Shown: positions 48,011 to 59,227 of the stretch, piece by piece
Position numbering within the stretch: position 1 is the first letter of the stretch
Layout: every line of letters starts with the position of its first letter
DNA from: Macrostomum lignano
Lineage: Eukaryota
Assembly: GCA_002269645.1 (NCBI GenBank)
Contig: NIVC01001020.1
Location: forward strand, 314,839-378,838
Length of the DNA stretch: 64,000 bases
Reading direction: 5' to 3'
Made by a program: the position numbers and the translations under genes
The notes under the pieces: model-generated
Databases searched by the model: none
What the model was told of the DNA's origin: nothing
Seen by the model: only the letters and a program-made list of their open reading frames with translations

Positions 48011-48931
48011 AAAGACAAAGGCCACGAGGTAGGTTCAACGGAAGGAACGCTGCAGGCCTCGAATCGCTACCTCGAGTGGAATTTCACCTGCGACGGCAAT
48101 CATACCTTTGGCGGTACATGGTTTGGTGGTATCTCATTGCGTCTCATGTACGTTTCAGCTTAGATAAATGTACTGCGGAGGGATGATGGAAACTGCTGCT
48201 CCAGTGTCTGTTGTGTAGCCGAGACTTGAGGTTTCCAGTTGTAGTTGAAAGCTAGGTGCGCACAGTTGCTTTATTTATATATTGTTATTTAAGAAAAACT
48301 GCACGATCGATAAATTAAAGACCCAGAAATGTCACGTGATTAATAATACATTATACAAATTATTTATGAACTATTCTACTTAAAGTGGCAGTATACGTAA
48401 AAGACAACAATAATAATAATAGTTAAATGCTAATAGTTAGCATTTACGTTATAGTAGAAATTAGCGTAACAATATATCTATCATTAAGTTGGTCTGTCAG
48501 GTTACACGACACAACAGTGTTGACTAGGAATGACAAACGAGGTACATGTAGGACTAATTGTGCGCCACTAGATTGGTGGCACTGCTCACTGCAGTGCCAT
48601 GGTCGGGCGGGACCAGGTCTCTCATGCAGGCCACACTGTTCCAAATCGGCGGTCAAGCGCTTGACCAACACGGACGGTTTGTCCCCGACAAGGTCCAAGG
48701 TGTTCAGCACTTAAGGGTATATAGCAGAAGATTCATGGAACGATCACCCAAGAATTAAAGTATTAAGTCTACGACAAATTTTGTAATGCAATTGCAATTT
48801 TATTACTATAGCAATTTGATGCAGTGATTTTCGCCAGTCTCATAAAAGTTTTAAGGTTTTCACTTCAACGATCAAAGGTTTCAGCAACCATGATGAGTCT
48901 TTCTTTTGAATCAGGCACGAACGGAGATTCT

Positions 48932-49775
48932 TCACAAGCGAACGGCGAAATCTCCAGCCACGGCCCTCAGCTCGTGCGGCACAGCGGCGAATCTCAGCAG
49001 GTAGCAGGCGTTCAGGTGGAACAGCACGGCCTGGCAGTCGGCATGGCAGCAAATCAGACACAAATTCAGGCTCATCACGGGCTGCACGGTGCGGTAGAAG
49101 GGCCCGCTGGAGGAGGTCATGTTCAGGTAGACTCGATCAGCAAAAGTGAAGTATCCGCTGACTGTTAGGGACAGAGAGAGTTCACAGCAATTCCGGTGAT
49201 ACTGACCCAATGAGCCATCAGAATTCAGTTAGCATTGCACTGTGTGTCGTGACGTGTGACGTGTACGAGCGTATCAAAGTTTAAATCGGCTTTGACGCTA
49301 GCTTGCTCATACTCTGAGTTTACTTTCTCATGACAAATCAATAAATACTGTTAGAACAATTGAACTCACCTGGACGAAGGTAGACCTGCCGGTACACGGA
49401 GTTTCTCCAAGCTGATCCGCAGATTTGGGCAGAGTTGCCGGCGCAGTTCATGTTGCAGTCGCTGTTGGCAGCCTGGCCGTGGATGCCATAGGAGTTTCCG
49501 CAGCGGCATTCGCTTGCATACTGCGCGCCAAAGTACTCAAAGTTTCCATAGGCGCAAATCTCGCTGCACAGTTCCAGAGTCATCTCGCTGAGGTCGACAA
49601 ATGAACCTTTCAGGTGAGACACCGAGTACGGCCCGATGGTGGACCTGCCTTCGAGTCCGCCGAGGTCTCGAGTTTCGGTGTCCACGAAGCAGCCCACCAG
49701 GCCGAATTCGGCGCCCAGCGAGCAGCCGAAAGCGACGCAGCAGCAGAGAAGCGACAGAATTGATGAGGCCTGCAT
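48932..49775 (-). CDS. Secreted WSC-domain + PAN-like protein, intact two-exon gene
   Basis: Exon 1 is 49370-49775 (signal peptide; GCFVD...MTLELCSEIC...FGAQYASECRCG...CNMNCAGN...CG...RNSVY); exon 2 is 48932-49161 (CLICCHADCQAVLFHLNACYLL); phase-1 splice is in frame. Confidence 0.9.
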
Positions 49776-51617
49776 TGTCAGCGGCTGTGCAGATTTAGAA
49801 ACGAGTAGGCTTGTTGCTTCTGTCTCTTGCTACCTGCTTGGGCTGTCGTCTTTTTTGAATTTTCTCTAAATCAACGGTTGGGATGGCAGGCGCGGCAATG
49901 GGGATGCTCAATTGTTTGATTCGGCATTTTTCGCTACTTTGTTGCCAAAGCGACACTGCAAACTGTTTACTGGGAGCGGCTTGCAGACTCCGCGCTGTAT
50001 CACTGCTCCCCAGCGCCTGCTTTTTCACATCATGCGAGGCATCGCAGTGTGGCGTTCGGCAGTTTTTATGAATTCTCCTTCCTTTCGGCCTAAAAGCCTT
50101 GTGTTGTTTGTTTCAACGCGTCTCAAATATCTGCTTTTACTTCTGCTTTCTGTAAGTACACGCATTGCTCGTTTTCAATTCTCAACTAATTATTCTGTCG
50201 TGATTCAATTCGTCACCCAGTGGTACTTCATTGAAAGTACGAGTAATTCAGTAGAATGGGATAGTAGATTTCTCTATGGACTAATGGAATTCCCTATCAC
50301 ATACATTATATCTTATATTCTTTCAGTCAGTCAGTCAGGTGAGACACCGGTAGTGAGAAATCGGGTGAGTCAATTGCCCAAAAAACCATTAAAATGGCAC
50401 GGCACAGCTCATTGGTTTTATGAATCTATTTTGTTATTCTTAGCTATCTGGGTAACAATATGTGTAACGGAGATGATAAGATAGATTCATAAAACCATAA
50501 TTTTTATGATTTTTAGTTGCAGAAAATGTACGTAGAATAAAGGATTAACATGAATCCTATTTTTTGAACCAAAAGCTTTATATATGAATGGAGCTATAAG
50601 AAAGGCACAACATTTCAGAATATTAAAGTTGGATCTGCCTCCTATCGAATGCAATAACAATTTTTTGCTTAAAAATGAAAATTTCCCATCTCCGTAGTGT
50701 ATTTTTCGGCAAAAAGTGGCCTTCAAAACATTTTCGATAAATTTCGAGTGTTGCGTCCTTCTACGAGTACTTTAGTAGTCCTTGACAGTCAGCTTTATTT
50801 GAAACATTCAATATCGCGACCGCCCTACTATATAATTTTTGGATTTTTCATGTCCAGCCAATACTACGAACCTACATGGAGGACGTTAAAACGTAGTATA
50901 ATAAAACAAAGAGCGGTTACACGTAAGGATATGCATCTAATCCGGATAAGGGATATCAAATCAAAACGCACTTTTCAAAAAAATTAATACATGCAATTGC
51001 AGGTTTTGTACAGCATATTTGTACTTTACAATATACATGATTAGAGAACCGTATGCGCTGGACAGAAGCTCGTACCAAAATTGAGGCACATGAGAAAAAC
51101 AGTTTTAAGACAAAAACGATTGCATATAATTGTCATTCGAATAAACTATATAACTACAGCGCTATTATTTCTTTTCAGTCAAAAAAGGAATAAACTTATT
51201 GTAGGAGCCTAGAAAGACATGCCTTCGGTTGACTTCCTTTTTATATTTTTTATAATTTAGCTTTGGTCAAGATTTAATCAATCAGACTTGAATGTGCGAT
51301 AATGTCCAGCAATTATGCAACTCACATTAACATTTTCTCCTTATTTGAAATCGATCACATAAAGTCACAGTTTTCTTTCTAGTGTTGATAAGGATTATTA
51401 GAACAGTTTATACGAGCTAAAATAAAGCTTTTGTATTCTATTGATATCGCCCTTCCTGCCTTAAATTTTTGCCTTGCACCTGTAATAATGATGAACCCAG
51501 GGTGACTTGTACAATAAAGCCTAATAGTCTTTCCTAAGGTTATTTCTAAATCATGTAAAAAAAATCCCAACTGAATGCTATCCAATATCAGACTTATTGT
51601 TTGTTAAATATTCGAAT

Positions 51618-53491
51618 CTACTTATTGAGTGACAGCTTGTCAAGGACGAGTCGAAGTTCGTCGCCATCCAGGGTAACGCGTTTCTCAGAGATTATGGTCT
51701 CGATTTGGTGCCTGCAGAATTCCCTGTGTTCCAACGACTGGCTGTAGTGGGCCAGGGTAAGAAGCTCCTCTAAATCCGGGTCTTCTTGCAGTTCAACACG
51801 CCACTCATCAAAAATGTCGATTGGAAGATCTCGTAGAAGCTCAGCTTGGAGACTCCAGCTGAGGCAGCGAAAATTCACGTACAGGTGGGCGGAGCCAGGC
51901 TGCGACAGTCTGGCTTTCAACAGAGTCTGAGTGAACTCAGGGAGGAACGGCAGTCGAGGCGGACTGTCGCAGGGGAGGCAAAACCTCCACGCCCAGTCTT
52001 CCTCAATATCGAAAAAGTCTTTACTCAGAAGGTTTTCAGGCTTCCAACCTCTCTGCACTTGATGCGATTGCAGCTTCTTCAGGAGGATGTCAGCCTGTGC
52101 AGAATCCTTGGATTTCACATACGCCATGACTTTCATGCACAAGACTGCGCATTTACACCACTGAAGCTGATCCAGGATATTAAGCTGTTCCATTAGCTCG
52201 TCCTTGTCAGTTGCTTCTGACTGCAGATCAACCATGCATTGGTTCACCATGCAGTAGACCGCAATGGATGAATCTGCAGGTTGTGTGGCTTGAAAAGGTT
52301 TTTCTACTTTTCTGGTTAGAGGTAGCAAAGTGAACGGGTGAAAGTAGAAGTCCTCCGACTGTAGAGACATCATCTGTTCTTTCATTGCCTCATACACCTG
52401 TCTTATATTGCTTCTAATCTCTCTGAATTGGTCCGAAACTTTTGTCCTTGCGTTGACTAAGTCACCTCCGACTCCAGCATTTTTGAAGTACAACGGAGCG
52501 TCAAGCATGAAGAAGTGCGGCATGCAGACATCAGGCGAGCTGCCGGAAGCAACGAAGCTTAGCATCGTGTCGAGCGATTCATTTAGCAGATCGACCAAGT
52601 TCTCCACCGAATGCCAAACGCTGCTATCTTTGCCTTGCTTCTCCAGCATGAACAGGAGCAAAGTCTTGGCGTGGTAGGTCTTGAGACCTGGTGTTTGCAA
52701 ATTGATGGGCATGTATATCTTAAATATGTATTTCAAGATGACGAAAAGTTGGCCTTGTACTTCGCTTACGCTCTCCAAGATTTCTTTTTCATGGAAGCTG
52801 AAACTCACTCTGAGTTCGTTCGGCGAGTTGGGTCGAGTCGCTCTAACGAGGTGCACTGGGGGCAGATCTCGGTTAGGAAGAAGCTTTGCAATTCGGTCCT
52901 GACAGAAGTCGCTGCAACATTGGATAGCTTCGCAGATGTCTTCTGTGGGTCGAACACCGCTCGCTGGGGTCGTCATCGCCGGCTGGCTGCCTGAAAAGAG
53001 ACAACAACAGTTTATACCTTAGTCGAATTGTTGCCAGGGCTCAGTTAGTACTTTAAATCAGTCTTTGATCTTCGTTGCGGCTTGACTATTAAAGTTGTAA
53101 GGTTTAACAGAGCACAAGCAAGCGTTACTGATAAGCTGGGCAAAACTTACCCGATCCAGCTTGCACCTGAGCGTGGCCTTCTCTAACCTGAAGCAGTGGA
53201 GAATTTTTGCAATTTTCAGACCTTTGGCAGCCTCCTTTCAGGTGAGTTACTTGTCTAGAGTCCATCGTAGTCCAGTCGATGTCGGATTGAGCCCCTACTC
53301 TGCCGTTCACCTGCACGAGACTGTTCCCCCAGCCTTCTCGGTAGCTGCCAGTCATCTGCCTCTGACCATCTGAAGAGCTTTGAACCAGCGTTTGCAGAGT
53401 GCGACCCAGTACTTGCTGACACTTTGCCCTGCGCAGACTGAATCCTGCCTGGGTAAGCTGCTGGTGCCAACTCCGACTTAGCTCTCTGTTT
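51618..53491 (-). CDS. cGAS-like receptor (cGLR/Mab-21 family nucleotidyltransferase), >=570 aa; first exon not located
   Basis: Exon 53151-53491 encodes MTGSYREG-x-SDIDW and splices in frame (phase 1) to exon 51618-52990: EDICEAIQC, HLV...ELRVSFSFHEKEIL, LKYIFK, LKTYHAKTLLL, W, MPHFF (Mab-21 C-lobe). Confidence 0.88.
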
Positions 53492-53971
53492 CTAAATTTG
53501 TTAAAGCTAAATATTCAGTAACACATACGATCGTATTTAAAAAAACAGAAGCAAAATTTTCTTAGAAACATGCTCTCAATAGTAGATTGTGTCTATGGTT
53601 TTGGCACCAGGACAATGCATTTAGACAACCTCCGAATCGCTTACCGAGTTTGTTGACGCAAAAATCCATTGTCGTGTTTTCCGAAGTTCTAAAAGCACAA
53701 AATTAATTTTAAAACACTTAAATTCGTTTTTGTACATGGAAGACATTGTAAGAAGGAGGATGAGTGAAACTCAAAAAATTTCCTGAATTTCATTGGGGCC
53801 AATTTTCGTTGCAAGCATGTTAGCTATGGTTGCTTGTCTAAACGGATTTCGCAAGGATTTTGCTCTTGCATTGCATACATTAAATAGAGCTTTACCATAG
53901 ACAAACTTGGTCGAGAGAAACAACATTACCAGAACAAAACCGGCCTCCAGTGAAATTTTCACGACTTGTTA

Positions 53972-54895
53972 CATCTTTTTGCATTCAATTTCAACCAAAG
54001 TCGCATTCAATTTCAGCAAGCTGGCATTCAAAATCGGCAATCTAAATTAGCCATCTAAATCTTCATTCAATTTAAGCATGCTCGCATTCCATATCAGCGA
54101 ACCACATTCAGCGAACTGCATTCAATTCAATTTTGCCTCAAACTTGTCTGCTCGTCTATGGGTAAACTTTATTGACGCGTGCAGATTTTGCGCTCAATTT
54201 CGGCAATCTGCATTCAAATTCAGCAAAATTTTATTAACTTAACGTAAAACAAAACGAACGTCGTCCAATACATGTACAGTGTCATAGGGAACAAAAACAG
54301 AAAATCGAAGTCACGTCAAGTGTGCTTCAGTCCCCATTGGTGTTCATGAGCTCTGCAAGTTGTAAATAGTCCTGCCCTGTCTCGTGGGCATCGATAAGGC
54401 GGGCTCTATCTCCGTCAGAAACTCGTGCGTATGGTCCTCGACCTCTTCTTCTTCTCACTCAATTTCTTCGACAGCTTGTTCTTTGATGATCTCATTGTCA
54501 CTCATATCTATGTCGATATCTACACTTGCAGTAAAAAAAACAGAAAGCTGGGGTGAAGTGAAATGAAAGGATCGACAAGCCTCTTTGGATGTAAACTGTA
54601 CATGGAATTGAACATTCGTCTGTGGTTGAAATCGAATGTGTTTTGCTGAATTGAATGCAGATTGCCGAAATTGAGCGCAAAATCTGCACGCGTCAATAAA
54701 GTTTACCCATAGACGAGCAGACAAGTTTGAGAAAAAATTGAATTGAATGCAGTTCGCTGAATGTGGTTCGCTGATATGGAATGCGAGCATGCTTAAATTG
54801 AATGAAGATTTAGATGGCTAATTTAGATTGCCGATTTTGAATGCCAGCTTGATGAAATTGAATGCGACTTTGGTTGAAATTGAATGAAAAAGGTG
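53972..54895. mobile_element. Non-autonomous Tc1/mariner-IS630-type element, ~256-bp TIRs, TA TSD
   Basis: Near-identical inverted arms 53972-54228 and 54641-54895, flanked by TA. The interior keeps RGRGPYARVSDGDRARLIDAHETGQDYLQLAELMN (54342-54452, minus), resembling a transposase N-terminal HTH. Confidence 0.85.
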
Positions 54896-54957
54896 TAGTG
54901 TCCTTTCGTAGTCTCTGAATTTGCATTGATATTCAGAAAAAAAGAAATTTATATTGA

Positions 54958-56834
54958 TTAAAAGACGCACCCATTTTGCAGCACCGGAAGCACTTGGTAG
55001 TTATGATATTGATTAGCCAGCTGCTCGCATGTCATGCCTTGGTGATCTTGATGACTTGGGTCTGCTCCTTCGTTTATCAGAACCTTGGCAGATAAAACAT
55101 GGCCCGCTATGCACGCTCGAGACAGAGCCGTCCGACCTTGGCCATCTACAGCCCTCACAGACGCACCGTGAAGCAGCAATTCATTGATGACGTCGTGCTG
55201 ACCCGCATCTGCTGCCAGCATTAAAGCGGTTGCTCCTGTGCTATTCTGCTGATCGACATGCGTGTCGCTATAGTATTGGCTTCTGATTATCGTGAGTGCC
55301 AGTGCGACAAGACTGTGCGTGATGGACAGGCAGAGCAGTTGAGCGATGCGAACGGCATGCATTTTAGACAGCGTATATCGTAAAACTGAATCGTCACCAG
55401 GAATCTCCAGGTGCTGAGAGAGCAGCTTCAGCAGTGGAGAGTTGCGGAGCAGCCAGTCAGCTGGAATGGCTGCCACCGCTTTTCCGTCCGAGCTTGAGGA
55501 ATAAAATCGGAACTGACCCCGACTCCGGCTTTTGAAGCAGTGGACACAAGAAACTCGTTGAGTCTGCGGATATCCATCTTTTCTGCAACAGTCTCCGTCG
55601 CGGACCTCCAGTACTCGTCTTTCAGCAACATGCTGGAAGGAATATACTTGCCGACAGTCGCGACAACATCCCAGTTTTTCGTATCTGCTGCAGCCCCTGC
55701 AGTTATCATGCAGCTACTTTCGAGAATGCTTTGATCGTCAATGATCTCAATGAAAGTTTTCACTTCATTCCATTCGTTTCTGTCTGCAAGGATTTCTACT
55801 GCTTTCAGGCAGCACTGATCCCTCATGTTTTTGTCTTCAATGGTTAGAGCCAGAAAAACCAGATCTTCGCACTGAGCAGATGAATGTGCTAAGTCTGCAA
55901 GCTTCATGCAGCACAGATACCTGCGACTGGGGTCAGCGATCAGCTCAACTAGAGACTTCGCGATATCCCAACTGCCAGATAATACAAAGGATTCAGCAAA
56001 ATCGATGCATTTTTTATCTCTAAGTGCTGGATTAGAAATATTTCTTAAAAGCGAAGTAGCTGCTTCCAAGCAATTGGATGCAGCAGATTGCTCTGCATAG
56101 GAGATGCAGAAAGAATCCCGGCCGTCCGAATCAGAAATCATCTGCCCAAGAGAGGCCACACAGTTCATATTGCCATGGCTGGACGCAGATTCTGCAGCGT
56201 CTATGCAGTATTGATCTTTGAGTTGCCTATCGCGAATTGTACCTGCTAGAAAAATAATGAGTTCATCGTTAAAAAGATCGTTATTTGCAAGTGCAGGAGC
56301 GTCTTCAAAAGTTTCGTCTGTTGTGCCAGCGTTTTCCGAAACGGCCTTTATGTAAGATGAACAGAAGTCATCTCGCAGTTGTTCGTCAGAGATGCTTTGC
56401 ACCAAAAAAGTCACAACATTCCAGTGCTGATTTCCTGCAGCGATCCAGGCTGCTTCCGCACAACAACTATCTTTACTGCTTTTGTCGAAAAAGAATTCCA
56501 TCAGAGCAGCGACAACTTCTCCGTGGCCATTGGCTGCTGCAGCTTTTGTCGCCTCCGTGCAACACTTGTCCGAGCTGTCTCTGTCCGAAATCTTTTGCAA
56601 ATATTTTTCCAGATCTTCTCTTGTACCACTGGCGGCGGCTTTGACTGCATTTTCTGCTGCATTCTTCTCCAAAATATCTTCTATTTTGCTTTCCAGGAAG
56701 TTTCGAGCACGATTGAACATAATTATATGCGTGAAAAACTCACTTGACGCAGTTTTCTTAATTGGCAAGGTATTTCGTTGAAACCATTTATTTGCTGTGA
56801 ATTCGAAGATTATCGTTTGTAATGCTTTAAACAC
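54958..56834 (-). CDS. Ankyrin-like repeat protein: ~9 atypical 33-aa repeats, then 3 canonical ankyrin repeats; the two halves are in different frames
   Basis: ORF 55428-56834 has a 33-aa period (DxCCxxAAxxAAxxGxWxVVxxL); ORF 54958-55476 has GATALMLAA, GRTALSRAC and GMTCEQLA. They overlap at ~55430-55480. Confidence 0.75.
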
Positions 56835-57451
56835 TTACAGACTCGCTGTGCTTCGAGGGGGGTTGACAGAATTGATAAGTTAAGGCTTAGGGCATAAAAT
56901 CCAGACCAGCTAGCTATCGGAAACAAAATTCCAGCAGTCTTAGTTAAAATAATAGTTATATATATCGGCCAATCTTTTGCCCCTCCCCTCTCTCCACCAG
57001 TCTGCCACATGTAGTTAACTGGTGAGAGTTAGTGGAACCCGACTGCAGGAAATTCCGTGGAAATTCCATGGCTAGTTCAACTACTGGAGAGATCGGTGGC
57101 TATGTTAAAGATAGTAGTGCCAGGGGTGATCAGGTGTCGCCTACTGAGAAAAAGAGAGATAAAGTTTGGGGCACGGACGGACAGGTAGAGGGGTGCACAG
57201 GTGGCAGTCCCAATTGCCTAACATTTACAAGCCTAGCCTCCACTTGAGCACTCATATATGAGGGAAACTATAGGTTTATGCAACTATAGGTTTATGCAAA
57301 TACGTACTTGGAAGGTAGAAATCGATCGATCAGCGCATAGAACGAATAAAATAGTGGTGCTGCGGGTCCCTAAGTTAGACACAATCTGCTGCGTGGCACT
57401 GCAGGAAAAAAGCATTGCGGGTGTTGTGTCGTGACAAGGGAGCCCTTGAAA

Positions 57452-57773
57452 GGGGGCATCACAAATCCGAAAAATCACAACTCCGAAAAGCGCTTTCCAT
57501 CACAAGCCCGAAATATCATACGAGCGTAACTCCGAAATTGCTAGCAACGCACATCATATACCCGAAAAATCATAACTCTGAAATTTCTAGCAATGTCCAA
57601 CACTATTTTGGTTTTCGGAGTTATGATATTTCGGGTTTGTGATATTTCGGGTTTGTGATATTTCGGGTTTTGTGATATTTCGGGTTTATGATATTTCGGG
57701 TTTATGATATTTCGGATTTATGATGGGAAGTGCATTCGGAGTTGTGATTTTTCGGGTTTATGATGGCGACCCC
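57452..57773. mobile_element. MITE with subterminal ATCA[T/C]AAACCCGAAA[A/T] repeats
   Basis: Inverted arms; right end GACCCC|TTAA; left end decayed. Confidence 0.75.
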
Positions 57774-59227
57774 TTAAAACGACCGTTTTACTAAATATCA
57801 AGCTTAGTTTGAATAGGGTTATTTTTCTTACTACTCTACTGTAAGTAGGCGTCAACGTAAATGTTATGCAAATAATTAGTATTTTTTGCGTTGCCGAAAT
57901 TATCGATCTTATAATAACTCATGCTTGAATGCAAATATAAGCGCAGCTTACTCGTCTTCCTAAGTGGAGCGCACCTTCCTCGAATTCTTGTTTGGCTAAT
58001 TAATCGCGGCTTTCTGTGTTAGTCTATTGAGACACGACACCACAGCGGGCAGATGGTATAACTCGAGCCCGAAGCGACCGAAAATCACAGTTGATGATGA
58101 GTTCGTTTGCGGTGAATCGAGAACCTTCGATGCAGCGACTCCCAAACCAGTCTGAGGCTGCTTTAGTAACCGAAGTGAACTCGATTTCTTATTTTCCCTT
58201 TCTATGTACTGGTGAGATCGCAGTGTTATTTTGACTGGTGTGGACATCCGGTTACAATACGAGTAATATTAGAACCATATGTTGGTAGGTGAAGCATCCA
58301 TACGGATATTGGAGTAGAAAAAGAACCTGCTCTGAGGTGAAATACTTGCAAGCGTTGTATGTACGTATCCAAATATTTATTGACTAATGACTGTAGGAAC
58401 TGCTTTAAAATAGTGTGTTGCCAAAGAAGATATACATGTAGGTTAATTTTAAGTTTTACTTTTCACCCAATTTAATTGCTTAACCTAATAAACTTCCTTA
58501 ACGCTTTTAAATCTTACTCAGTGTTCTTTTAACCTTTGCATGCAACCTATAACCTATGCATGTAATGTCACATGAAGACAAACTTTCGTTCAACTTTCAA
58601 GTTCAAGTTCAACTTCGAAACTTCTAGCTCTGTACATGTAAATCGACAATCATTTTAGACAAACTCCTTTTAAATATCGACAGACCAGCACAGATTTGCA
58701 TGAAGAAGAAAGCCTATATTTTTTTGGCATTGACAAAACTTCATTTTAGTTTTGTCAGACTCCAACTCATATCGACAATCTGCTGACGCAACTTCTATAA
58801 ACTCGGATTCACTTTCGTCAAAACATTGATTCGTCTAAAATCGTCAATTTACGCTCACTTTAGCCAGGAGAACCTACGAAATGTGCTGGGACCCAAGCAC
58901 AGCTGGAATAAAATAAAATAAAGTTACAAAAAACAAGAAATTCTACTGTTGAGTAAATAAATACTGTGGTAATCTTTTTTTTCAACACCTAAAAACTTAC
59001 ATTAAAAGTTTGAAGTTAAACAATTTTCACAATATTAGATTTAAAATCAAAATATTAATAAATACCGTAATCAGCAAGAGTAATAAGCGAGAAATAGTAG
59101 AAGAATATATATCAGATAATCTCAGCTTTTTACAAATATATTACCATCCTTAAAGTTAGTTTTGACCCAGCAATTTATTGCCAAGGTTCGTCACAGTAGT
59201 GAAGTAGCAATAATAATGAGTCGTAAT

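Noticed and set aside
51618-52976. Bacterial CD-NTase/CBASS contamination or horizontal transfer
   Set aside because: The gene has a GT-AG intron, a metazoan Mab-21 C-lobe and no operon-like effector neighbours.
32500-58650. Frequent TACATGTA and TAGGCCTA palindromes
   Set aside because: Common short motifs in invertebrate AT-rich DNA; I cannot show enrichment without counting against a background.
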